From the NCBI GenBank assembly GCA_009914755.4, contig CP086569.2, forward strand, positions 62,304,001-62,368,000: DNA of 64,000 nucleotides, read 5' to 3'. This document shows positions 30,805 through 42,234 of this stretch, in pieces. The notes under the pieces are model-generated. The model saw nothing but the letters and a program-made list of their open reading frames with translations, was not told where the DNA came from and ran no database searches. Origin of the DNA: the human T2T-CHM13v2.0 reference genome, Homo sapiens. Position 1 is the first letter of the stretch, and each line of letters starts with the position of its first letter. Position numbers and translations under genes: made by a program.

Positions 30805-33202
30805 ATTTAATTGATACATAATATTTGTACACATTTATGGGGTACGTGTGATATTTTGTTACATGCAAAGACTGTGTAATGATCAAGTCAGGATATATGG
30901 GGTGTCCATCAGCTCAAGAATTTATTTCTGTGTGATGGGAACATTTCAAATTCTCTCTTCTAGCTATTTTGAAATATATAATACACTATTGTTAACTTTA
31001 GTCACCCTACTCTGCTATCAAACATTAGAACTTATTCCTTCTATCCAACTGTGTGTTTGTACCTATTAACCATCCTCTCATATTCCCTGCTCGGCCCCAC
31101 ATACCCACACCCTTCCTAGCCTCTGGTATCTATTGTGCTATTGTCTACCTCCATGAGATCAACTGTTTTAGTTCCCACATGTGAGTAAGAACATGTGATA
31201 TTTGTCTTTCCATGCCTGCCTTATATCACTTAACATAATAACCTCCAGTTACATCCATGTTGCTGTAAATGGCATGACTTCATTCTATTTCATGGTCAAA
31301 TAGTATTCCATTGTGTTTATAAACCACATTTTCTTTATCCATTCATCCATTCATGGACACTTAGGTTGACTCCATATCTTTGCTATTGTGAATAGGGATG
31401 CAATAAATATGCAAGTGCAGATATCCCGTCTATACACTGATTTCTTTTCCTTTGCATAAATACCCAGTAGTAGGATTGCTGGATCATATGGTAGTTTAAT
31501 TTTTAGTTTTTGGGGAAATCTCCACACTGGTTTCCATAGTAGCTGCACTAGTTTACTTTCCCACCAACAGTGTGTAAGTGTTTTTTTTTTTTTTCCTTAT
31601 ACTAGCCAGCATCTGTTATTTTGTATCTTTTTAGTAACCATTCTAACTGGGGTAACATGATATCTCATTTTGGCTTTTATTTGCATTTCTATGATGTTGA
31701 GCATTTTTTCATATACCTTTTGGCCATTTGTATGTCTTCTTTTGAGAAATGGCTATTCATGTCCTCTGCCCACTTTTTAAGGGGATTATTTGTATATCTC
31801 CTGTTGAGTTCATTATATATTCTGGATATTATTCCCTTATCAAATGAATAGTTTGCAACTATTTTCTCCCATTCAACTGGTTGTCTCTTCACTCTTGATT
31901 ATTTCCTTTGCTGTGCAAAAGCTTTTTTGTTTAATATAGTCCTATTTGTCTATTTTTCTTTTCGTTACCTGTCCTTTTGAGGTGTTAGCCATAAAATCTT
32001 TTCCTAGAGCAGTGTTCTGAAGTGTTTCCCCTATGTTTTCTTCTAGTAGGTTTATAGTTCTGGGTCTGAAATTTAAGTCTTTAATCTATCTTGGTTGATT
32101 TTTGTATGTGATGAGAGACAGAGGTCCAGTTTAATTCTTCCACATATGGATATCCAGTTTTCCCAATACCATTTATTGAAGAAAGTGTCCTTTCCCCAGT
32201 GTACGTCCTTGGCACCTTTGTTGAAAATCAGTTGCCTATATATGTGTGGCTGTACATACGTGGATCAATGTCTGGCTTTTCTATTCTATTCCATCGACCT
32301 TGTGTCTGTTTTTATACCAAACCATGCTGTTTTGGTTACTGTAGCCTTGTAATATGTTTTGAAGTCAGGTAGTGTGATGCCTCCAGCTTTGTTCATTTTG
32401 CTCAGGATTGCTTTGGCTATTTGGACTCTTTTTTGGTTCCTGAAATACTAATTTTAGGATTGTTTTTTCTGTTTCTGTGAAAAATGACATTGGTACTTCG
32501 ATAGAGATTGCATTGAATCTGTAGATTGCTTTGGGCTTATGGTCATTTTAATAATATACATTCTTATGATCCATGACCATAAGATGTCTTTCTGTATCTT
32601 TGTGTCATCTTCAGTTTTTTTCATCAGTGTTTTGTAGTTTTACTTGTAGGAGTCTTTCACCTACTCGTTAAATTTATTCTTCAATATTTTATATGTTCAT
32701 AACTATTATAAATGGGATTACCTTCTTGATTTCATAAAGTTTTATTTCACCAAGTTGATTATTGATGCATAGAAACATTACAGATATTTGTATGTTGATT
32801 CTGTATCCTGCAACTTTACTGAATATATTTATCAGATCTAGGAGTTTTTTGGTGGAGTCTTTGGGTCTTTTAGACATAAGATCATATCATCTGCAAAGAG
32901 GGATAATTTGACATCCTCTTTTTCAATTTGGATGCCCTTTATTTCTTTCTCTTGCCTGATTGCTCTGGCTAGGACTTCCAGTATTGTGTTGAATAGGAGT
33001 AGTGAAACTGGGCTTCCTTCCAGTACTATGTTGAATAGGAGTGGTGAGAGTTTTCCATTTCTTAGAGGAAAGGCTTTTCGTTTTTCCCATTCCGTATGAT
33101 GTTAGCTGTGGGTTTGTCATAAATGGCCTTTATCATGTTGAGGGATATTCCTTCTATGCCTAGTTTTTTGAGAGTTTTTATCATGAAGAGATGTTGAATT
33201 TT
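30805..33202 (-). mobile_element. Older L1 (L1PB/L1MA-like) antisense, 3' end + ORF2; continues at 39774-40460 after the L1PA insertion
   Basis: Old-L1 3' end (…ttgatacataatatttgtacacatttatggggtacgtgtgatattttg…) then antisense ORF2; the RT motif …[12 protein letters not shown] reappears at 39902-40132. Confidence 0.7.
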
Positions 33203-33357
33203 TTTTGATACCTTGAACTATATATTTTTATTTGAATATATAAAAGTAGAATATCCTATTTTCCTTTTGAGCTATGTCATCATACTGCTAAAATTATGGA
33301 TGAAAATGGAAATACTTCAACCTGACCCATTGCAATTTCTATGTTACACATTTGCTC
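33203..33357 (-). mobile_element. Candidate 3'-transduced sequence carried by the full-length L1PA (between the L1 poly(A) and the downstream TSD)
   Basis: 155 bp of non-L1 sequence lying inside the 15-bp TSD pair gagatgttgaatttt (33188-33202 / 39759-39773), bounded by short A tracts on the L1 strand. Confidence 0.45.
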
Positions 33358-36300
33358 TTTTTTTATTATTATACTTTAAATTCTGGGATACATGTGCAGA
33401 ATGTGCAGCTTTGTTACATAGGTATACACATGCCATGGTGGTTTGCTGCACCCATTAACCCATCATCTACATTAGGTATTTCTCCTAATGCTATTTCTCC
33501 CCTAGCCCCCCTACCCCCAGCAGGCCCCAGTGTGTGATGTTCCCCTCCCTGTGTCCATGTGTTCTCATTGTTCAACTCCCACTTATGAGTGAGAACACGT
33601 GGTGTTTGGTTTTCTGTTCCTTTCTTACCTTGCTGAGAATGATGGTTTCCAGCTTCATCCATGTCCCTGCAAAGGACATGAACTCCTCCTTTTTTATGGC
33701 TGCATAGTATTCCATTGTGTATATGTGCCGCATTTTCTTTATCCAGTCTGTCATTGTTGGGCATTTGGGTTGGTTCCAAGTCTTTGCTATTGTGAACAGT
33801 GCTGCAATAAACATACGTGTGCATGTGTCTTTATAGTAAAATGATTTATAATCCTTTGGGTATATACCCAATAATGGGATTGCTGGGTCAAATGGTATTT
33901 CTGGTTCTAGATCCTTGAGGAATCGCCACACTGTCTTTGACAATGGTTGAACTAATTTACACTTCCACCAACAGTGTAAAAGCATTCCTATTGCTCCACA
34001 TCCTCTCCAGCATCTGTTCTTTCCTGACTTGTTAATGATTGCCATTTAATGATCGCCATTCTTACTGGTGTGAGAGGATATCTCATTATGGTTTTGATTT
34101 GCATTTCTCTAATGACCCGTGATGATGAGCTTTTTTTTCATATGTTTGTTGGCCACATAAATGTCTTCTTTTGAGAAGTGTCTTTTCATATCCTTCACAC
34201 ACTTTTTGATGGGGTTGTTTTTTTCTTGTAAATTTGTTTAAGTTCCTTGTAGATTCCGGATATTAGCCCTTTGTCAGATGGATAGATTGCAAAAATTTTT
34301 TCCCATTCTGTAGGTTGCCTGTTCACTCTGATGATAGTTTCTTTTGCTGTGCAGAAGCTCTTTGCTTTAATTAGATCCCATTTGTCAATTTTGGCTTTTG
34401 TTGCCATTGCTTTTGGTGTTTTAGTCATGAAATCTTTGCCCATACCTATGTCCTGAATGGTATTGCCCAGGTTTTCTTCTAGGGATTTTATGGTTTTAAG
34501 TCTTATGTTTAAGTCTTTAATCCATCTTGAGTTAATTTTTGTATAAGGTGTAAGGAAGGGGGCCAGTTTCAGTTTTCTGAATATGGCTAGCCAGTTTTCC
34601 CAGCACCATTTATTAAATAGGGAATCCTTTCCCCATTGCTTGTTTTTGTCAGGTTTGTCAAAGATCAGATGGTTGTAGATGTGTAGCGTTATTTCTGAGG
34701 CCTCTGTTCTGTTCCATTGGTCTATGTATCTGTTTTGGTACCAATACCATGCTGTTTTGGTTACTGTAGCCTTGTAGTATAATTTGAAGTCAGGTAGCGT
34801 GATGTCTCCAGCTTTGTTCTTCTTGCTTAGGATTGTCTTGGCTATATGGGCTCTTTTTTGGTTCCAAATGAAATTTAAAGTAGTGTTTTTCTAATTCTGT
34901 GAAGAAAGTCAATGGTAGCTGGATGGGGATAGCATTGAATCTATAAATTACTTTGGGCAGTTTGGCCATATTCTTCCTATCCATGAGCATGGAATGTTTT
35001 TCCATTCATTTGTGTCCTCTCTTATTTCCTTGAGCAGTGGTTTGTCATTCTCCTTGAAGAGGTCCTTCACATCCCTTGTAAGTTGTATTTCTAGGTATTT
35101 TATTCTCTTTGTAGCAATTGTGAATGGGAGTTCACTCATGATTTGGCTCTCTGTTTGTCTTTTATTGGTGTATAGGAATGCTTGTGATTTTTGCACATTG
35201 ATTTTGCATTCTGATACTTTGCTGAAGTTGCTTATCAGCTTAAGGAGATTTTGGGCTGAGACAATGGGGTTTTCTAAATATACAATCATGTCATCTGCAA
35301 AGAGAGACAATTTGACTTCCTCTCTTCCTATTTGAATACCCTTTATTTCTTTCTCTTGCCTGATTGCCCTGGACAGAACTTCCAATACTATGTTGAATAG
35401 GAGTGGTGAGGGAGGGCATCCTTGTCTTGTGCTGGTTTTCAAAGGGAATACTTCCAGCTTTTGCCCATTCAGTATGATATTGGATGTGGGTTTGTCATAA
35501 ATAGTTCTTATTATTTTGAGATGCATTCCATCAATACCTAGTTTATTGAGAGTTTTTAGCATAAAGCGGTGTTGAATTTTATCGAAGGCCTTTTCTGCAT
35601 CTATTGAGATAATCATGTGGTTTTTGTCATTGGTTCTTTTTCTGTGATGGATTACGTTTATTGATTTGCGTATGTTGAACCAGTCTTGCATCCCAGTGAT
35701 GAAGCTGACCTGATCGTGGTGGATAAGCTTTTTGATGTGCTGATGGGTTCGGTTTGCCAGTATTTTATTGAGGATTTTCGCATCAGTGTTCATCAGGGAT
35801 ATTGGCCTGAAATTTTCCTTTTTGGTTGTGTCTCTGCCAGGCTTTGGTATCAGGATGATGCTGGCCTCATAAAATGAGTTAGGGAGGAGTCCCTCTTCTT
35901 CTGTTGTTTGGAATAGTTTCAGAAGGAATGGTACCAGCTCCTCTTTATACCTCTGGTGGAATTCAGCTGTGAATCCTTCTGGTCCTGGACCTTTTTTGTT
36001 TGGTAGGCTATTAATTACTGCCTCAAGTTCAGAACTTGTTATTGTTGTATTCAGGGATTTGACTTCTTCCTGGTTCAGTCTTGGGAGGGTGTATGTGTCC
36101 AGGAATTTATCCATTTCTTCCAGATTTTCTAGTTTACTTGCATAGAGGTGTTTATAGTATTCTCTGATGGTAGTTTGTATTTCTGTGGGATCAGTGGTGA
36201 TACCCCCTTTATCATTTTTTATTGTTTCTATTTGATTCTTCTCTCTTTTTTCCTTTATTAGTCTCGCTAGCAGTCTATCAATTTTGTTAATCTTTTCAAA

Positions 36301-39300
36301 AAACCAGCTCCTGGATTCATTGATTCTTTTTGAAGGGTTTTTCATGTCTCTTTCTCCTTCAGTTCTGCTCTGATCTTAGTTATTTCTTGTCTTCTGCTAC
36401 CTTTGAATTTGTTTGCTCTTGCTTCTCTAGTTCTTTTAATTGTGATGTTAGGGTGTTGACTTTAAATCTTTCCCACTTTTTGCTGTGGGCATTTAGTGCT
36501 ATAAATTTCCCTCTAAATACTGCTTTAGCTGTGTCCCAGAGATTCTGGTACGTTGTGTCTTTATTCTCATTGGTTTCAAAAAACTTATTTATTTCTGCCT
36601 TAATTTTGTTATTTACCCAGTAGTCATTCAGGAACAGGTTGTTCATTTTCCATGTAGTTGTGCAGTTTTGAGTGAGTTTCTTAATCCTGAGTTCTAATTT
36701 GATGGCACTGTGGTCTGAGAGACTGTTGGTTACGATTTCCATTTTTTGCATTTGCTGAGGAGTGTTTTACTTCCAATTATGTGATCAACTTTAGAATAAG
36801 TGCAATGTGGTGCTGAGAAGAATGTATATTCTGTTGATTTGGCTTGGAGAGTACTGTAGATGTCTATTAGGTCCTCTTGGTCCAGAGCTGAGTTCAAGTC
36901 CTGAATATCCTTGTTAATATTCTGTCTCAATCTAATATTGACAGTGGGTGTTAAAGTCTCCTACTATTATTGTGTGGGAGTCTGAGTCTCTTTGTAGGTC
37001 TGTAAGAACTTGCTTTATGAATCTGGGTGCTCCTGTATTGGGTGCATATATATTTAGGATAGTTAGCTCTTCTTGTTGCATTGATCCCTTTACCATTATG
37101 TAATGCCCTTTTTTGTCTTTTTTGATCTTTGTTGGTTTAAAGTCTGTTTTATCAGAGACTAGGATTGCAGCCACTGCTTTTTTTTGCTTTCCATTTGCTT
37201 AGTAAATAATCCTCTATCCCTTTATTTTGAGCCTGTGTGTGTCTTTGCACATGAGATGGGTCTCCTGAATGCAGCACATGGGTGGGTCTTGATTCTTTAT
37301 TCAATTTGCCAGTCTGTGTCTTTTATTTGGGGCATTTACCCCATTTACATTTAAGGTTAATATTGTTATGTGTGAATTTGATCCTGTGATTATAATGCTA
37401 GTTGGTTATTTTGCTTGTTAGTCGATATAGTTTCTTCATAGTGTTGATGGTCTTTACAGTTTGATATGTTTTTGCAGTGGCTGGTGCTGGTTTTTCCTTT
37501 CCATATTTAGTGCTTCCTTCAGGACCTCTTGTAAGGCAGGCCTGGTGGTGACAAAATCTCTCAGCATTTGCATGTCTGTAAAGGATTTTATTTCTCCTTC
37601 ACTTATAAAGCTTAGTTTGGTTGGATATGAAATTCTGGGTTGAAAATTCTTTTCTTTAAGAATGTTGAATATTCGCCCCCAGTCTCTTCTGGCTTGTAGG
37701 GTTTCTGTCGAGAGATCTGCTGTTAGTCTGATGGGCTTCCCTTTGTGGGTAGCCTGACCTTTCTCTCTGGCTGCCCTTAACATTTTTTCCTGCATTTCAT
37801 CCTTGGTGAATCTGACGATTATGTGTCTTGGAGTTGCTCTTCTCGAGGAGTATCTTTGTGGTGTTCTCTGTATTTCCCAAATTTGAATGTTGACCTATCT
37901 TGCTAGGTTGGGGAAGTTCTCCTGGTTAATATCCTAAAGAATGTTTTCCAACTTGGTTCTGTTCTCCCTGTCACTTTCAAGCACACCAATCAAACATAGG
38001 TTTGGTCTTTTCATATAGTCCCATATGTCTTGGAGCCTTTGTTCATTCCTTTTCATTATTTTTTCTCTAATCTTGTCTTCACACTTTATTTCATTAAGTT
38101 GATCTACAATCTCTGATATCCTTTCTTCCACCTGATCAGTTCGGCTATTGATACTTTTGTATGCTTCACAAAGTTCTCGTGCCGTGTTTTTCAGTCCCAT
38201 CAGGTCATTTATGTTCTTCTCTAAACTGGCTATTCTAGTTAGCAATTCCTCTAACCTTTTTTCAAGGTCCTTAGTTTCCTTGCATGGGGTTAGAACATTC
38301 TCCTTTAGCTTGGAGGAGTTTGTTATTATCCACCTTCTGAAGCCTGCTTCTGTCAATTTGTCAAACTCATTCTCCGTCCAGTTTGTTCTCTTGGAATTTT
38401 CAGCCTTTTTGCACTGGTTTTTCCTCATCTTCATGGATTTATCTACCTTTGGTCTTTGATGTTGGTGACCTTTGGATGGGGTTTCTATGTGGACATCCTT
38501 TTTGTTGATGTTGATGCTATTCCTTTCTGTTTGTTAGTTTTCCTTCTAACAGGCCTCTCTGCTGCAGGTCTGCTGGAGTTTGTTGGAGGTCCACTCCAGA
38601 CCCAGTTTGCCTGGGTATCACCAGCGGAGGCTGCAGAACAGCAAAGATTGCTGCCTGTTCCTTCCTCTGGAAGCTTCGTCCCAGAGGGGCACCTGCCAGA
38701 TGCCAGCCAGAGCTCTCCTGTATGAGATGTCTGTCGACTCCTGCTGGGAGGTATCTTCCAGTCAGGAGGCATGGAGCTCAGGGACCCACTTGAGGAGGCA
38801 GTCTATACTTTAGCAGAGCTTGAGCACTGTGCTGGGATTGCCGCTGCTCTCTTCCGAACTGGCAGGCAGGAACGTTTAAGTCTGCTGAAACTGAGTCCAC
38901 AGCCACCCCTTCCCCCAGGTGCTCGGTCCCAAGGAGATGGGAGTTTTATCTATAAGCCTCTGGCTGGGGCTGCTGCCTTTCTTTCAGAGATGCGCTGCCC
39001 AGAGAGGAGGAATCTAGAGAGGCAGTCTGGCTACAGGGACTTTGCGGAGCTGCGGTGGGCTCTCCCCGGTTCAAACTTCCTGGCCACTCTGTTTACACAG
39101 TGAGGGGAAAACTGCCTACTCAAGCCTCAGTAATGGCAGACGTCCCTCCCTCCACCAAGCTCGAGTGTCCCAGGTCGACTTCAGACTGTTGTGCTGGCAA
39201 TGAGAATTTCAAGCCAGTGGATCTTAGCCTGCTGGGCTCCGTGGGGGTGGAATATACTGAGCTAGACCACTTGCCTCCCTGGCTTCAGCCCCCTTTCCAG

Positions 39301-39758
39301 GCGAGTGAACAGTTATGTCTCACTGGCATTCCAGGCGCCACTGGGGTATGAAAAAAAAACTCCTGCAGCTAGCTCGGTGTCTGCCCAAATGGCCGCCCAG
39401 TTTTGTGCTTGAAACCCAGGTCCCTGGTGGCATAGGCACCCAAGGGAATCTCCTGGTCTGCAGATTGCGAAGACTGTGGGAAAAGCATAGTATCTGGGCC
39501 AGAGTGCACCATTCCTCACGGCACGGTCCCTCAAGGCTTCCCTTGGTTAGGGGAGGGAGTTCCCCGACCCCTTGTGCTTCCTGGATGAGGCAACGCCCCA
39601 CCCTGCTTCGGCTCACCCTCCGTGGGCTGCACCCACTGTCTAACCAGTCCCAATGAGATGAGCCGGGTACCTCAGTTGGAAATGCAGAAATTACCCACCT
39701 TCTGCATTGATTTCACTGGGAGCTGCAGACCAGAGCTGTTCCTATTCGGTCATCTTGC
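33358..39758 (-). mobile_element. Full-length (~6.4 kb) primate L1PA element, antisense: 3'UTR/poly(A) at 33358, ORF2 ~33560-37180 (broken), ORF1 ~37454-38434 (broken), 5'UTR 38440-39758
   Basis: Antisense ORFs translate to L1 ORF2 (EN, RT, C-terminal domains) and ORF1; 5' end matches the revcomp of the L1 5'UTR start (…agctgttcctattcggtcatcttg). Confidence 0.9.
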
Positions 39759-39773
39759 CAACCACCCTGAGAT

Positions 39774-40460
39774 GTTGAATTTTATCAAATGCTTTTTTTA
39801 TCAGATGCTTTCTCTGCATCTATTAAGGTGATCATGTGGCTTTTATTCTCTATTCTATTGATGGAATGTTTCATGTTTATTGATTTGCATGCATTGAATC
39901 ATCATTGCATCCCTGGGATAAATCCCACTTGATCATGGTGTATTATCTTTTTGATGTGATGTTTGATTTGGTTTGCTAGTATTTCGTTGAGGATTTTTGC
40001 ATCTGTGATCATCAGGGTTGTTGGCCTGCAGTTTTGTTTTTTTGTTGAGTCCTTATCAGGTTTTGGTATCAGGGTAATGCTGGCCTTATAGAATGAGTAG
40101 GGAGAATTCCCTCCTCTTGAATTTTTTGGCATAGTTTGAGAAGTGATATTAGTTCTTCTCTGTAAGTTTCATGGAGTTCTCCAGTGAAGCCAGCTGATTC
40201 TGGGCATTGTTTTGGTTTTGTTGGGAGACTTTATTACTGATTATACTTTATTACTGATTCAATCCCATTACTCATTACTGGCCTGTTCAGGTTTTCTATT
40301 TCTTTCTGATTCAGTCTTGGTAGGTTGCATGTGTCCTGGGATTTATCCATTTCTTCTGGGTTTTCAAGTTTATTAGCATATAGTTGTTAATAGTATTTCT
40401 ATGGTCACTTCTTCCAATTTTTAGATTTGCTTTAATATGCAAGGACTTTTTCTTGAGGAT
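39774..40460 (-). mobile_element. Continuation of the older L1 (ORF2 RT region) interrupted by the L1PA insertion
   Basis: ORF 39902-40132 (-) = …[37 protein letters not shown] (L1 RT). Confidence 0.7.
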
Positions 40461-40807
40461 ATATCTATGGTGTTGGTTGGGCAGGGCACTTAGACTTTGA
40501 TTATGGGTACATTCAGTAGTGTAGTCTGTATAATTTCTTCAGCTATAAACAGCATCATCAACCATGTCTGTATTTTTCTTAGTGGCTTAGGGTGTAGTTG
40601 TTATGGAGGCTGTGGTGAAGTTTTGATGGGCATGGGGATTTCAGGTGGGCTAGTCCTTGTTTTCGAGTGGTGTCACCAGTGGGTGAAGCATGCCTGTCCT
40701 TTGGCCCCAGGACAGTGTATTCATTAAGTTATATTACTTTTTTAAAAAAAGTTTATTTTATTCTACAATGGAAAACTTGACCTTTTCTACTTTTCCAATA
40801 TTTTCAG

Positions 40808-40875
40808 ATCTGGTAGCTCAGCGAGGAGAAAGATTGGAATTATTGATTGACAAAACAGAAAATCTTGTGGATTCT
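40808..40875 (+). CDS. VAMP7: VAMP7 exon 6 (DLVAQRGERLELLIDKTENLVDS); acceptor ttttcag|a, donor tct|gtaagt
   Basis: 68 nt, restores phase 0; SNARE motif core (contains the conserved R of R-SNARE: AQRGE). Confidence 0.95.
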
Positions 40876-41576
40876 GTAAGTATGGAATCTGATAATATGG
40901 AGTCTGATGTAAAGTGGAGAAACTATGGATGATGGCTAACATAATTGGGAAATACCTTAAATTCAAATATTTGGTGGTTTTTTTTTCTTTCTCATTTCCA
41001 TTATGTGATTACTTTGTAATAATGAGGATAACAATGAGGCATAGAAAAGAAACATCATCCCCTAATAGCCATTAAGGTAGCTTTGGTTTGGAAAACATAC
41101 TCAGTATACAGAAACAATTTTCTAAAGCTTTGGATTGAGGCCTATATAATTTAGCACCTCAACTGCATGTAACAGTCTGTTCCCTTTACAAATTTGTAAA
41201 ACATGAAACAAATGTGCAAGCCGTTTGTGACCCAGTATGAATCTTGAAAACTGGACAATTCACTTTTTTGCTTACACTGATAGTTTCATCTTGCCTTGTA
41301 TCAATCAAGAGACATCGATTGGAAAGCGCCAATAAGCCTTAAAGGAGACAGTGTGTCCTTGTGAGCTGCTTATACTATGGTTCCGTATGTCCTCACATTT
41401 TCAATGCAGTTACTGTGGATGAAAGTTTTAAGGAAAGATGACAGATATATGGTGAACAGAAGGAGGGCAGAGATCAGCTACAATTTGGGTCTACACAATT
41501 ATAAATGTAAATGTACAGTGCAGGTTTACACCTTGAAAGAAAACAGTGATTGATTATGTTCGTTGTGACTGACAGC

Positions 41577-41830
41577 TGGATTGTAGTGGTTAAGAACACA
41601 GGCTCTAGTATCAGGTTGCCTGGATTTGAATCCCACCTCTGCTACTTACTAGTTGTGTGACCTTAGGCAAGTGACTTAACCTCTTTGTGCCTCAGTCATC
41701 ATCTTCTGTAAAATGAAGATGTAACCACTTCAGAGCATTTTAAGGATTAAATCAGATAATGCATGTAAAGTGCCTAACACAGTATTTGATACATAGTAAG
41801 AGCTATTTAAATGTTCATCATTATTGTTAA
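41577..41830 (+). mobile_element. MIR SINE
   Basis: tagtggttaagaacacaggctct…cttactagttgtgtgaccttaggcaagtgacttaacctc…taaaatgaag…ggattaaat…. Confidence 0.75.
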
Positions 41831-42234
41831 TTTTACAGGGACATCTATTAGCAGCAGGTTTTAGTATATACAGTCTACTATCAGGTTTTCTAGGAGTTTA
41901 TAAACAGTTTTTTCATCAAAGCATGTGGTAGGTGGAGGAAGGATGCTACCATACAGGAAGTCAAAACACCTGGGTTCTAGATCTCACTTTGTGACCCATT
42001 GCTGGGGAGCAAAGAAAACAGAGAAGTATCTGATTCCAGATCTGCAGACCAATTTCTTTGATACTTCCAGGCTGTCTCTTAGTTATTCTTAATTCTTGAG
42101 GATTACCCTGCTTAGGGGGAATGGTCTGTCTTTGACCAATAGTAGTATGATCTGTACTTTACAAATAAAAGTCTTAATTTTGTTGACTTCATGACTGAAA
42201 ACAGAAGGTACTAATGAACTAACAGGTATCTCTC

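Noticed and set aside
34948-36345. 465-aa ORF (largest in window) plus neighbouring 100-170 aa ORFs at 36380-38434 and 52605-56602
   Set aside because: All translate to L1 ORF2 (EN/RT) or ORF1 fragments of two full-length but mutationally disrupted L1PA elements. They are TE remnants, not cellular CDS.
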